A stretch of DNA of 64,000 nt from the human T2T-CHM13v2.0 reference genome, Homo sapiens, in the NCBI RefSeq assembly GCF_009914755.1, contig NC_060929.1; one strand, given 5' to 3'. Position numbers and translations under genes: made by a program. This document shows, one piece after another, positions 15,322 to 30,156 of this stretch. The notes beneath the pieces were generated by a model that was not told the DNA's origin, did not search any database, and saw nothing but the letters and a program-made list of their open reading frames with translations. Positions within the stretch are counted from its first letter, which is position 1. Each line of letters opens with the position of its first letter.

Positions 15322-15640
15322 TTTAATTTTTAATTTATTTTATTTTATTTTATTTTTTATTATACTTTAAGTTCTAGGGAACATGTGCACAACGTGCAGG
15401 TTTGTTACATATGTATACATGTGCCATGTTTGTGTGCTGCATCCATTAACTCGTCATTTACATCAGGTATTATCTCCTAATGCTATCCCTCCCCCTTCCC
15501 CCCACCCCCTGACAGGCCCCAGTGTGTGATGTTCCCATTAATGAGTCCAAGTATTCTCATTGTTCAGTTCCCACCTATGAGCGAGAACATGTGGTGTGTG
15601 GTTTTTTGTCCTTGCGATAGTTTGCTGAGAATGATGGTTT
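15322..15640 (-). mobile_element. 5'-truncated L1PA 3' end with TSD CCAATGTTGTTTCTTTT
   Basis: TTATACTTTAAGTTCTAGGG...TAACTCGTCATTTACA...GAATGATGGTTT; TSD at 15305-15321 and 15641-15657. Confidence 0.93.
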
Positions 15641-16465
15641 CCAATGTTGTTTCTTTTCTCTTTGTCTTTTTAAAGAGAATGGAATGAGCTTATCCATTTC
15701 CTTTGTCTTTTTAAAAATAACCAATCTTTAATTTTGTTGACCAAGTCAAACATTTTTTTTGCTTTGTGTTTTATTAATTTCTCAAAGGCCCAATGAGTCC
15801 AGCTATTCTGAACCCAGTTTTCAAGTAAATGCTTTGAAAATTGCCCCAGAGTGCCTCTATGCAACTTTTTTCATCTGTTCATTGAATATGAAGTAATGTT
15901 ACCCTCTGGAAAAGATTTACCTTTGCAGTGCTTTTTTCTTATAGGATTTTTCCTGTTTTTATTATTTTGTTTTTTATTACATTTTTTTTTCAAAAATTTC
16001 ATAACATTTACTTTCTCTGTTCCTAGAAGGTCTTGAAATTACAGGTGCGGGGAAATTGTTATTATTTTTCTCAGGGGTTTGTACTATTTCTTTAAAATGT
16101 ATCATTTCTGTTATTTTACGGAACTTAATTCTGAAGTGGTGGTGAATGAATGTTCTGTTTTCCTTCTTGATTTACCCCTTGCTATGACTTCTCATTTAAT
16201 TAATTATTGTTTTATTTTTTCTTAATAGAATTTCTATTTCTTAGTAATATAACTATTAAATATTTTCTAGTTACACTATGATGCTTTCTTGAAAGTATTT
16301 TTGTATTGGTCATTATTATGAACATATTTGCATCTGGTGTAAATTCTAATTTTGTGAGGGTTATTTTTTATAAAATAAAATTTCAGGGTTTCTTTTATAT
16401 TTTAGTCTTATAACTAAGTATTTTACTAAATTATCTTTATTCATTCATACTTTCTACAAATATTC

Positions 16466-16772
16466 GTCCTGGCGCAGTAGCTCACGCCTGTAATCCCAGC
16501 ACTTTGGAAGGCCGAGGCAGGAGGATCACGAGGTCAGGAGATTAAGACCGTCCTGGCTAACACGGTGAAACCCCGTCTCTACTAAAAATATAAAAACTTT
16601 ACCTGGCGTGGTGGTGGGCGCCTGTAGTCCCAGCTACTCAGGAGGCTGAGGCAGGAGCATCACTTGAACCCGGGAGGCAGAGACTGCAGTGGGCTGAAAT
16701 CATGCCACTGCACTTCAGCTTGGGAGACAGAGTGAGCCAGACTCCTTCTCAAAAAAATAAAATAAAAATAAA
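16466..16772 (+). mobile_element. Alu (AluY/Sc-like) inserted in an L2 3' end
   Basis: GGATCACGAGGTCAGGAGAT...CCTGGCTAACACGGTGAAACCCC; flanks TTCATTCA...AAATATTC / ATTGGATACCTACTAT resemble antisense L2 terminus. Confidence 0.93.
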
Positions 16773-17674
16773 TGTTCATTGGATACCTACTATATACAGA
16801 CACTCTTTAAAGCCTGCAGTTTAGCAACTGAACAGAAAAGGGGAAAAAATCTATGCTTTGCAGTATCTTATTTTTATTTTTTTTTTTGTTTAATTGATGT
16901 GTAATTCTATCATGCACAGATAAGAAATATATTTTATCTTTCTATGAATTATATATTTTTATTTTGTTATCTTCTTAAATTTTATTGGTTTACATTTGAA
17001 AAATATTAATTTGTCTTATAATGAATAGTCTCAGAATACTTCTACTATCTTAACATTAAGTATTATTCTATTTGTTTGAAGCAGAGATATTTGAAGATAT
17101 AAATACAGATTATATCTTAAAGAATAGCACTATAAGAGGTAAGAAGTGTGTGCGTGTATGTGTGTGTGCATTTTCATTAAGTATAATTTTTAAGTCTTGT
17201 TGAATTCCTTTTTAACACCTGTTGCATTATTTTAATGACCATAACAGTTATAGAGCACTAGAATAAAAGATTCCCTAATGAACTTCTATCTAGCTTAACA
17301 TGATTAGGCACAGATTTTAATCTCAAGGTGGAAAACTTCTCTGCATTCATTCCCCTCCCTCCAACTTCTTGCTGGGGTTTCCTTCTGGACAAACCCAATA
17401 GAAGCCCCATAGCTCAGAGGTTTGTTCATATGTCTAGGACAAGGCAAAGGATGAAGAGTGGATCTGTAGAGAAAAAAAAATATATAACTGACATGCTCTT
17501 CAATTTAACCTTCCTCACTTCCTTCTCCTCATTATGTTTTTATCTGTTTTATTTCCATTTAGTGCTTCTTTCCTAAATGAACTTGTATATTTATTTTTTA
17601 CTTTTTTCTGATACAGAAGAAGGCACCACAAGAGCAATGACCTTCCCTATAGGATTTAACACTGAATCTTATAA

Positions 17675-18160
17675 GCCTGGAACAAAGTAGGGATTCTATA
17701 AATATTTGTTGAATGAATAAATGAATGAATGAACCTCTTCCAGGAATCCTCCAGCTTCATCTAGAATTCCCTCCTCTGTACCCCTAGAGTATATATGTAT
17801 ATCACTATGCATATTATTACTGCATGATTATCATAGTGAATTATAATTGTTAACATGCATCATTTACCTTAAAGTGTGAGTAAAGTTGGTTCTTATAATT
17901 ATTGACTTGTGTTTTTTACCTTAGAGTGTGAGTAATATTCATTCTATAGTATCTAATGATAGCACTGTGCTGAGTCCTGTGCTCTGTGCTCCATAGATGT
18001 CTCACTTAAACCTCACCACATGTTTGTAAGGCCAATATTGTCTCCTTTTTACACTCTAGGATAGAGAGCTTATTAACACAAAAATTTTACATAGCTTTCA
18101 TGTGACAGAGCTACCTCTTATCATGAGTCTCTTGGCTCCAAAGTTGCCTGTGCTCCTTAC
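17675..18160. mobile_element. L2 3' end and MIR fragments
   Basis: AAATATTTGTTGAATGAATAAATGAATGAATGAA (L2 tail); MIR-like core near 17960-18160. Confidence 0.6.
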
Positions 18161-19329
18161 TGAAGTGCTGTATTTTCTATTTTAGTAAGAAGTATACATA
18201 TATTTTCAAACTCTCATTTCTTCACATCAAAAATTTTTACATGTCTGATCACCAGATCAATTAATGCATAAGCAACATGAAAAAGGGTTAATAATTTGCC
18301 AATACTGAACTGATGAATTTTAATTTCCTTCTTAAAATTGTGTCCCTTTTTAACCTTACACTTCCAAAGCCAAATCTCATGACTAGTTGTCTCAGAAAGA
18401 GGGGGAGGATATTGTCACCAACAAAGAGGCCATTATCAACTTGGAGTCTCAAAGCTGATTTTCTCCACCTCTTTAGCAAGAAATTCAGTGAAATTCTGGA
18501 AATGAAATTACACACGATTATAAATGAGATTATTATTATTATTGTCTCTGAGTGAATTAAGATGCATAAATTGGGTTAAAGGGGTTTCCTCTTTATAATT
18601 ATTTTTACCTTAGCGATTTACAAAACTCCACAGTTCAAGACTTTGTTTATCTGTTGTTTTGTTTCTCCCCAGCAGTGACAATTATTGTATACTGATCCAT
18701 TCTTCTTCTCTTCTTAAGACTTTTGTAAACTTTTCAAATCATAAAAACAGTTTTAAAAACCTGGAATTAGGCATAAAGGTTTTGGTCAGACAAAAAGGGA
18801 GAGAAAATCTCAAAAAAACAAATATCAAGCTTTGACTTTATTGCAATTGAGAAGTGAATTAAACAACATTCCTATATTCTGAAATATTGGTATCCATTTA
18901 GAGAAACTTACCTGATTTTTATTTGTTAATATATAAATATTTCAATGTTGCAGGAGAGAGCCTTACGTTGATTATTAAATATTATATAACCCCTTTCTTT
19001 GAAACACACTCCCTTCCTAACTAACTCCACATGATTAGAATTGGGCTCCAATTACTGGGTCCTTCCAGCACCTTCCCCTGACAAATGTGAGTCCTTGATT
19101 CAAGCCAGGTCATGAAGGTTATTCTCCCAGAATCTGAGCTTTTCAGCATAGACTAAGTGAGAAAACGGGTGGTTGCAGCTGAGTTTTCTGTGATAACAAC
19201 ATAGACATACAATCTGTAGTTTATTTTACTGGTATTTCATAGAGCCTTCCTCATTTGTGTTGACCTTCAGATCTTCCTTAAATTATGTGAAATTCTGTGC
19301 TATATATTCTTAATTTGTCACTGTATATT

Positions 19330-19806
19330 CAATTTCTACCCCTTTCTTCCCTCTTGGCTGAACTCCATGGACTGCATTACCGTGGATCTTATGTATTGTG
19401 ACTACCCTAGGCCGATAGGAGGGACCAGAAAGAAACAGAAGGACAGGAGAAAAAGAACAGATTTTTTATTTCCCTTGTCCCACTTCCTCCCTTCTTCACC
19501 ATGGTTCTATTCCTGGCTACTTTCCTCTATGTCCACAGCTCCTATAGTCTTCTCAATGGCTATAGCTTGTACCCCATTCAGTAATAATTTCCTCTGCCCT
19601 GCCATTACCACTCCTAAAGGCAAGGCGGAGGAAATTATTACTGAACGGGGCACCAGCTCTGGCTAGTTTCCATGTTGCTGCTTCACCATATTTGTTGGTC
19701 CCCTTAACTTTATCCATATCTCTGTAAATAGCCCTTTCATTAAAATATCTTCAATTAAATTCATTGAGTGAGCCATCTTTTTCTTGCTAGGACCTCAACT
19801 GGTACA
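19330..19806 (+). mobile_element. ERVL LTR (LTR33-like)
   Basis: 3' end TGTAAATAGCCCTTTCATTAAA...GAGTGAGCCATCTTTTTCTTGCTAGGACCTCAACTGGTACA resembles the LTR33 terminus. Confidence 0.65.
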
Positions 19807-20109
19807 ATTTCCCAATATATGTTTAATAAATTTCTTTGTCAAAGCTGGCATCTCTTTTCCACATCAAATGATCCACAGATCAATCAATTAATTGTTTTAT
19901 CTTGCTGTCTATTCATATTAATCAAAAGTATGTATTTTGTTATGTGTATGTATAAAATAGTAACTACATATATATACACAAATTTTAATGTGTTCTCTAA
20001 GAATATTATTCAGTAGCACGTGTTTTCAAAAGAATTTCTCCACTTATTTCTGGTTTTAAATTAATCATTTTAAAATATCAACTATAAATCTAATGTACGT
20101 TCTACCTGT

Positions 20110-20805
20110 TCAGGTAAAAAATCATGACTTTGTCTTTTATTTCTCTGCTTCATGTCTACCTTACATTCAATCTGTCAGCAATTCCTGCTTTTTCTACATT
20201 TTGAACCTGACCACTTCTCTCTACTTTGCCTCCCTATAATCTAAACTCAAACTCTATAGCTACAGTGAATCTTTTATGACAAAAGCCAGGCCAGGTCATT
20301 CCTCTTATCTCAATCCTCTAAGGGAATGATGGCCCCATTAAAAGCCACGGTCCTCACAATGTGCTAACCCCTGTGACCTCTCTGATCCCATTGACTACTT
20401 CCCCTTCCCCCAAACTCTGCTCCCACAACACAAACCTGCTTGTTTTTCTTCAAACTCAGTGAGCACATGTCAATGTCATCACATAGCACATGCTGCTCCT
20501 TCTACTTGCAGTTTTTCTCTCACCTTAAACAGGTGTGTACTTTAAGTGATCATCTCAGTTATCATTTTACATAAAAACCAACCCCTCTTATTGCTTCCTA
20601 TCTCCCTTCTCTGCTTTATTTTTCTGTTCTGCACTTGACACCAAGTGACATACTCAATATTTTGCTTCATTTGTAGATTATCTGTTTCCCACAGAAGAAT
20701 GTAAGTCCATAAGGCTTTATTCACTGCTGTGCTTCTAGCACTTAGAACAATGACATCTAATCACATTCAATGATTTGATTTTGAATGGATGAAATGAATG
20801 AAATG
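20110..20805 (+). mobile_element. L2 (L2a-like) 3' portion
   Basis: CTGACCACTTCTCT...TTATTCACTGCTGTGCTTCTAGCACTTAGAACA...GAATGGATGAAATGAATGAA. Confidence 0.7.
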
Positions 20806-21818
20806 GAATTACATGAAATAAATGAAGGAATTTTCTGCCCCTCTGTGTAAGAAATTTACAAAAAAAGATAACTAATTATTTATTAGTAATTATATAATTA
20901 TTCCAATTATTACTTTTAATACAACTGACTGAAGGTTTAGGGTATCTTATTAGGTTAAAAAATTCACAGAGGTTTTGTTTACTACCTTCATTTACATTTT
21001 TGATGGAAATATTACATTATAGAACCAAGCTCATGTCATGTTGTATCATAAAATATGGATGAAATTACTAATTTAATATTACAATTAAAAATGAGTAAAG
21101 TGACTTAATATAAAAGAGAAAGGGCCTTAAATTTTCTGTTTAACAATTTGATAATTTTTTTATTTTTTTTGAAAAAAAAAGGAGAAAAGAGATTAGTATA
21201 TTATTTCCTGGAGACTAAATAGAATTTGGGTAAGTAAAATCATGTTTATGAGCAGTATCTTTAAAACTGTAACTTTCCCCTAGAAATTCAGTGGCATTTT
21301 ATTGTGGCATGTATTAGAAGTAGATGGAATTAATGGTAGATTACATTTGGGTCATGAAATGTATAATAAATGAATGCAAGTCCTTTATTTATCAGCAGCC
21401 TGACAGGTGGGTAAAGGGTAGAAATCGGGTTATTCATCCAGGACCGTTAGTTAACTAAACTAGTCGGAAACAGCAAGGCTTTCAAATAAAGCAAATTGGT
21501 CATCCCAAGGGCAGTTCAAAGAGTCAGAACCTCACAGATTTACAGATTATCACAGCCAGAAGTAGCTTTATATAACTAGAGTCCTTGTCCTAGAGTTCAG
21601 TTGAAATAATTGGTACTATGGTTCATGAATTAATGAGAACCCCTTTTTTTGTGGGGGTGGCTGACTTCAGATGTGACAATGCAAATTGAGAGTGTTAGTA
21701 AGCAGTGTTTGGCAAATTGGTGAATGAGGCATCAGAGATCCATTTTATATGAAGACAGAGAAGCTTCTTAAAAAAACTCATTCTAAAGAAAGAATCTGGG
21801 CACCATAAATCTGAACCA

Positions 21819-22149
21819 GCCATAAAAGGGAATGAGATCATGTCCTTTGCAGGCACATGGATGAAACTGGAAGCCATCATCCTCAGCAAACTAACACAGG
21901 AAGAGAAAACCGAATACCACATGTTCTCACTCATAAGTGGGAGTGGAACATTGAGAACACATGGACACAGGGAGGGGAACAACACACAACAGGGCCTGTT
22001 GCGGGATGGGGGGTCTGTGGAGGGAACTTAGAGGATGGGTCGATAAGTGCAGCAGACCACCATGGCATACGCATACCCATGTAACATACCTGCATGTTCT
22101 GCACATGTGTCTCGTTTTTTTGGTTTTTGTAGAAGAAATAGAGAAAAAA
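21819..22149 (+). mobile_element. 5'-truncated L1PA (L1PA8A-like) with TSD AAATCTGAACCA
   Basis: ORF2 C-terminal remnant MSFAGTWMKLEAIILSKLTQEEKTEYHMFSLISG; TSD at 21807-21818 and 22150-22161. Confidence 0.9.
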
Positions 22150-22718
22150 AAATCTGAACCACCAAATCAGCCATAGGATAAAGAAGGATACAGTGATTTT
22201 GAGGAGAGTGTGGTGCCTGTTACTGGACATCCCCTCCAACCACCTTCTCGTATGTCTGAGCCTCCAGGACAGAGAAAATGTAAGACTTGTTTCACTAACA
22301 TTTATAAAACATAACCCTTATGTTTTATATGAATTCTTGGAATCTTTACAGCAAAGAATAACACTAAAGGGAAGGGGATTATTTTTTGCTAGTCTACACT
22401 GACTCACATAAACTTATATATATACACACACATATATATGATGTTTTAATGTATTTCGGCAATGGCACATGGTTGAGATTAGTAAACCTTTTCTGCCTCT
22501 AAAACCTTGGAGATACTTGGTTTCTACGCTCCCCAAGCCAGCTTCTTCCACTTTATCTTCAATGTTGTGAATTTTCTTTTTGGCTTAAGTTAGTTTCTGT
22601 AGCTTATAATAAAATATCTGGATACATCAAATGCGGCCAGAAGTGGGGTGCAAATATAGACCATCAGGGCGATGAGAAGTATTTGAAATTAATAATGTTG
22701 CCTAGACAGAGCTAAAAT

Positions 22719-23082
<364 letters not shown>

Positions 23083-23420
23083 CTAATTAAAGTGCTTGCC
23101 TGAAGTTGCTTAGAACCAATTGCCTACTGAGAGCAAGATTCTGGAGAACCAGTTAACAATTGCTATTAAACACTATAAAGGACATAAGAAATTTCTTGTT
23201 TATTGTTTTTGAAGCACTTATCCTTTTCATTTGTTAAAATCATTACTATTGGCCTTTCCCCCCTGGAATATAAATTCCACTAGGGCAGCGACTTAGTCCA
23301 TTTTTTTCACTACTCTACTCGCACTCTCCAGAGTTCCTGGTAGATGGAAATTATTGAAGAATACAGGTGTAAGGGATAAATTAACTCCAGGACAAAGGAA
23401 TAATATGCTTGCTACTGGCA

Positions 23421-23790
23421 ATGTGTGATTATTAAGCTATTGTCTCAGCTTTAAACTGGCCTATATATACTTGGATCTGGGACTATGCAAATCACATTTC
23501 TATTTTTTGCAGCAAATGACTATTAGGCTCTTCCAGTAGTGGGTAATATAAGGGACAGGGAAGCTGGAGAAGGGAAAAGAACCATTTCTCCTGTTTGTTT
23601 TCTACTCCTATCACCATCACACAATAGTGGTTCTTCACCATGGCACTGGCAATATTTCTAGTAGCAGCAGTTTGTTATAGTTTGCAAATTTTCTATACCG
23701 CATAACCTTTCCAGCATGTTCTTTCAGAGATACCAGCACCAGTTGAAGAGGGTCACTTCCTCAGAGGTCCTAGTCCAGCATCTTGGAAGG
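23421..23790 (+). mobile_element. ERVL LTR (LTR41-like)
   Basis: TGTGTGATTATTAAGCTATTGTCTCAGCT...CTGGGACTATGCAAATCACATTTCT resembles the LTR41 5' end. Confidence 0.55.
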
Positions 23791-24224
23791 GTGAGGGAGA
23801 AGGAGGAAATTTCACTTCATACTTTGTGTAATTCCAGTGTGCATGGATCTTAGTTACAAAAGCAAAACTACAGGTCTGATGAACAGAGAGCTGATTTAAG
23901 CCAACACAACAGAGAATTGGCTTTGTGTGCTATTCCCAGGCAGGAACCAGTTCACAAACCCCAAGCTTCATAAATAAAGGACTAAATTAAGGAGCTTCTT
24001 ACATAGTTTGGGGCTTGACTCCCTGGGGTTATCAGCTAGTTGCCTTTCTCCTCACTCACGGAATGGTTCCTTTCTTATTTCTCTGTTTTGGCCTTCACTG
24101 GGCCTTCTTCTTCTCTCCTGCCAACATCTCCAAACAAACCCAATTTCTGGAGATTCAGATAACTCCTACTGTCAACCAGCCAGCATGGACTTGATGGTAA
24201 AGAAAGGAAGCAGATTTTTAAAAT

Positions 24225-24400
24225 CTTGATGTGGTCCAAGCTTCAGGGCATTTAACTTGCACAGCCCTGAAAGAACCCCATCAGTGTGTCACTACTGTTT
24301 TACAATTTGTAAACGTAAAGTATTTCTATCTTCTTTTTCCCAAAGGAGGCCTTTTATATTGTATAAGCTTCTGCCTTCATAAAACCTGGGTCTGCCTTTA
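24225..24400 (+). mobile_element. hAT DNA transposon remnant (MER69A-like)
   Basis: AAGCTTCAGGGCATTTAACTTGCAC ... TAAGCTTCTGCCTTCATAAAACCTGGGTCTGCC. Confidence 0.45.
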
Positions 24401-27400
24401 AAAAGGTAGTAAATGAGATTTTAAAGCAAGTCCGTTTATCAGTAGATACAACGGAAGAATGAAAATTATTTTCAGAGTTTCTATCTGTTGCCAAAAGTCT
24501 CTGTTAGCCTAAGACAGTGGCTTATACTTATTGTCCCAGTGTGCTCTTAGAGTTTGTTCTAAATTTTTCAGTTTTCAAATAAAGTATGGAGCATATTTAA
24601 AATTGGCTTTGGAATTATTTGGGAAGATTTTGGTAGATCTGCCATGGTCTCTTCTAGTAGGGTAGGAAACACATTATGCAGAAAATTGAGTTGTTACTGT
24701 AGTGCATGGGGAAGTCTGCCAGATGACCAGAAATAACTTGCATTTCTTTCTCCAGCACTTTTCAGAGATGATACATCTAACACCTTCCTTTCAAGGACAG
24801 CATAAAGGCATTCACTGATAAGACAAGTCTCCTTGAGCATGAGAGGCGAGGACACCTAACTCTTTCAAGCCTCCAGGGAGAGTGGAAGAAACCGGCAATG
24901 ATGTTGCCACTACCAGGCACTTGGTGGACTGGTCAATATGCCATGCCTCCTGCTGGAGCCTACAAGATGCACAAAACCACCAAGCTGTATGTAGTTGGTG
25001 AAGTCAGAGTAACAACAAGCAAAACTTTTTTGTTATGAATATGCTGTTTAACACAAATGAAATTGAGAGTTTCAGTCATACTATAGCATATCACATTTGG
25101 CAAACTAGCAAGAAAATAATAAATCAAAAGGCATGAATCATAATAGTAATAACATTGATGAGTTTTATCTTGTAAAATATTAATTTACAAAGGTACCTTG
25201 AATAGGAGTGAAAATATAGTACCTTTGAAAATGTTAAGACAGAAATATTTACACTTTCAATTGGGAAAGTCATCCACAAAAAATCATTGCCAAAACTTTA
25301 ATTATTCTACTTATAATATTTATTCTACTTATATTTAAAATTTAATGAATACAAATTTTTGATACTATATGCAGATATTTTATTTATAATTTTTACAAAG
25401 CATTATATTTTTGAAAATGAATTTGTCAGTCAAGTCAATATTCAAAAAATTAAGTAATTTAAATTTTTGGTGCCCCTTTCTCTTTTAGTTTGTGTTTTGA
25501 TTATATGATTGGGTATAACCAGACCTCTTCAAGCAACAGGAAGAAGTATCTCAGTAGACTTTTGTCCTGTACAGTAAGTTCTTCTGGTAGGAAGGGTCAA
25601 TTCTGGACCCTATAAACCTTTCTCCCAATCAAAATTTTAAATCAAAAAGTGCTGTATTTTTTGTCAAGTTGCAGGAATCTGTCACTGTTAAGGCTTGAAA
25701 GACACAGGACTGTTGATTCCTAGCATATCCCAATTTCACTCTAGTTGGTCCAGAGCAGCAGAAGAGTAGGTCTTGGAGAACAGCAGAAGATTATTTTAAG
25801 CTTGCCCAAGTGTAGTGATCGCAATTGCATCTCATGTTTCAGATGTGCTCCAACAGCTGGAGTAAATCATTATAGCCTCTGGCATGTGGAAGGCTACTGC
25901 TAGCCTAGGGAATCTTTTCTTTCCAGGGTTAAATTTAAAGATGTCGCCATACCTCCAAAGTAATCTGTTGCACTTTATGCCACAACATTTATCACCTATT
26001 TCACTGTGCTCTGATATAATCTTTGTTAAACAGAGCAATTGTAAATACTCACATGTATTGTGAACCAAAAAATATCAATCAGGAAGATATTATCTTAATA
26101 CACCTGTAACATCAGATGCATCTATGATTTATTTGTCAACCATCCACCCTAGTATCTTCTCATAGTACTAATTTGAATCCTTGAGTATTTAACATATTTA
26201 ATATGTTTTATGATACTTTTAGTTAGGTTGATTTTCTAGATTTTAAGTCATCAAGTTCTGCTCTGGATAAAATTACCTATTGTTATTCTAACTGCTATAT
26301 CTTCCAATTTTCTGTCTCCCTATTTATTTTTATATTATTTCAGTGAGACAGAATGTGTGACAAGCATTTGTTTCATGCTTTTAATTAGCTTCAATACAAA
26401 AGTAGGAACAGCTGACTCAGATATTATCTTGTGAGTCTGATTTATGCTTTCAGGAAATCATAGTGTGCTAAGATGAAGACTTGTGTCCCAAATCAACAGG
26501 AATTATAGTAGTATTTGTCTTTTCAAGAGGCATCATTCAACCAAGGAAAACGGAAGGCAAGCTTCCAAAGCATTCGTGGCTGCCAGTAACCCGAAGTGCA
26601 CTTCAGAGGGGTAGTTCCTGCTGAGTATTTGCTGATAAATTTGGAACTGATATACTGCATGTATCAATTCAAGTTTAGCTGCTTCAGAGATAAGAATACT
26701 TTAAAATAATACTATTCAGAAAAGAAGAAAGATCAAAAGAGACTGGAAGGATGAGGGGCATAAGGGAGTAAAAGGAGAGAAATTCTAAAAGAGTAGAACA
26801 GATTATTTTTTCTCCATCAAGACACTCCTAATTTTTCATTTCACCATTTCATAGCATTGCCAAAATCACAGTCTTTAGACAATATGAGAATTGATGGTTA
26901 TCAGTGTAACAAGAAGCCATAAAAATTGAATTTTTTCCCTAGCCTGTGTTTGGATAAAGTAGAATGCTATTAATAAAAGATACTGATTGTCTCATGAAAT
27001 TTTTAACATTCATTAAATACTAGCAATGTTCTAGGTTAGGAGTGGCAAATATTTAGCAACAACAAAAAAAGAGTCACTCCTTTAACCAGTGTTTTTGGAT
27101 ATTACTAATGGATCATGGCAATATGCCTTATTGAATCCAGATGTGACCTCAAATTTTTTTAAACATCACTCTGAGAAGACTACTAATTGGTCATAGGTAT
27201 AAACAATATAATGCTTATTTACCCTTTCTCTTCTAGGTGAAAAATTGCATGCAGATTAAAAGTGTCTCCTTTATATCTACGCTCTTGTCCTCCTACTATC
27301 TACAATAAGTCTGTCGTTAGTTCATAACGAGAATAATAATGATACATATGAAAAGGAAAGAGAACTTTCACAAAGCTCATTTGAGCACTCTTATAATGTT

Positions 27401-29182
27401 AATTTCCATTTTTTAGAAATCAAGCCAGTTCATGGCAAGTAATCCTACTTTGCCACAGTGCATTGCTCCTATATTACAGGAAACTAACCATTTCTATTTC
27501 TTAGTTCCCATTCATTTAAAAAATGCTTTTCATGCTTTGAGCTTCCTATAGCAATCACAAAGAAACCAGATTAACTCAAATCATAATTTTATATTTATGA
27601 ATCTGTCTCCAGAAATTTCTTCTACTGAAGAAGTCTACCTTTGCCATGGTATCTGTTGTTTCTGGCTTTTCTCAGAAGATTGAGATCTGCAAAATTGCAA
27701 AGCATTTTATTCATTCCCTTTGTATTTAATAAATTTCAGCCTTAGAAAAACCAGAGATTTTAGTGACTGAAAATGCTCAGGAGAGATGACGAAGAACAAC
27801 AACATAGTCTTCTCCTTCTAGGCAAGTACATGCCAGTAAATGGAAATAAAATATTATATAAAATATGATACGTATTGAACACATTATGCACATAATACAT
27901 ACAAACATGCCTGAGTTATTCAAAGAAGCTAATGCTTCTAATTTTATGTTGACTGGAGAACGTTTAATAAATTACAGGCCATTAGGAGATGTTGAAATGA
28001 AATCTTCTAGAAACCTAATAGCTATCATCAGGAACAAAATTCAGAAATATTAAATTATTTCTTTCACTTCCAGTATTTCTGCCATAGGTTATTCTGTGCT
28101 AAGTTGGTTTGTTGTGGGGAAACAATCTTATCTACCCAGAGGCCTTACAGTAGATATGTAATCATGTCTGAGAGATTTTTCTGACTAATAGAAAGTTTTA
28201 TAATTTAAAAATCACTTATGGTTTTATTATAAATAATGTGATAATTTAATTCTTTTAATAAATAATCTGCAAAAGAAAAATCAATTTTGTTTATATATCT
28301 TTAGGAACACTTGATCCCTAAGTCAGGCAGATAATTTCTTTGTTATTTAGAGATGTTCAGATAGTTGGAATTTTGCAGATGTAAACCATCCTGAAGAATG
28401 TAAGATGGTAGTGATATAAAATCTGATTGCAAAATGTAATTAGAAACAAACTTTTAGCATATATCTTGCTTTTAAGGTCTTTTAATTTGAATATTAGCAG
28501 TATTTATTGATTCATTTATAATACTCTAATTATAAAGTATTTTCTTTTCCCCACAAAACAATAAAAATATGGGATTACTTCCCCCTGGGAAGCCTGGTCA
28601 ACATTGAAATGTACCTTTACTCACCCCTGAAAAATAGTTGCACTTAACTGACACATGTCATCTAATGCATTTTTATTATCCTGTGGCTTATTAGGTCATT
28701 CAAATATTTGAAGTCTATAGATGTTTTAGATGAAACTTAATTATTTCTCAACATGAAGTGTTATAACAACACTATCTTGTTTTTGTTCTTCTATCCTTCT
28801 ACCCTTTGTTTCTCTTTCCATTGTCCTTTTCCTTCTCCCTCTCAATTAATGGCTAAAAAGCAGGTACAGTAACTACCATTATGGAATGCTTAACATGTAA
28901 CAACCACTGAACTTTTATATGTTTTCTCATTTAATATTCTCAATAATCTCATGTTAAAGACATGAGAATTTACTCATTTATGCCAAATTTCATGAAGTTA
29001 TTGAGATAGGATTTTTAAAAAGCCCTTTCTACTTCAGGAAAGGAGTTGGTCTGGGACCATGTGATAACTGGCTTCCAGTTGTATATAGCTGTTTACTGAC
29101 TTCAAGACAAGCTCATAATGCAGGCAAACTTATATTTAAGAATGCTTATGTTCCAAAAGTTTATTGGTTAAGCCATTAGTTT

Positions 29183-29471
29183 GTTTTATTGATTGATTGA
29201 TTGTGACAGGATCTCCCTCTATTGCCCAGGCTGAAGTACAGTGGCATGATCTCAGCTCGGTGTAACCTCAACCTCCTTAGCTCAAGCAATCCCCCCATCT
29301 CAGCCTCTCAAGTAACTGGGACTACAGACACATACCACCACACCCAACTAATTTTTGTATTTTTTGTAGAGATGGGGTCTCCCCATGTTGCCTCAGCTGG
29401 TCTCAAAATCCTGGCCTCAAGCAGCCTCCCAAAGTGCTGGGATTATAGTCATAAGCCACCACGGTCAGCCA
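29183..29471 (-). mobile_element. Alu (AluJ-like) with TSD AAGCCATTAGTTT
   Basis: Diverged dimeric Alu; TSD at 29170-29182 and 29472-29484. Confidence 0.92.
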
Positions 29472-29720
29472 AAGCCATTAGTTTAGAACTTGGAAAATAA
29501 GATAAGGCTATGCACACCATGCCAAAAATAAATAAATAATCATAATAAATTACATTTACAATATCACAGAAGAACAGCATTAGCAGTATCCTTACTGGGC
29601 ATCTCAATGGCATTTCATTCCATTCACTTAAATAGCATATCTCTGTAATTACATAGCTATTCTTCTTCGGTGGAAAAGTGCTTTGTGAATTTCTGTTCAT
29701 TTTTCCTTTTCTTAACTTTA

Positions 29721-30156
<436 letters not shown>

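Larger units (their letters stand above)
12750..16400 (-). mobile_element. Highly degraded L1M (L1ME-like) tract hosting younger insertions
   Basis: T-rich antisense L1 motifs (GAATGGATATACCATAATTTACTTAAC; GCTGGAATTTTGTTTGGAATTACATTAAATTTATG). Confidence 0.55.

Noticed and set aside
26593-26604. Perfect 12-bp palindrome GAAGTGCACTTC
   Set aside because: Roughly 64000/4096, about 15, palindromes of this size are expected by chance.
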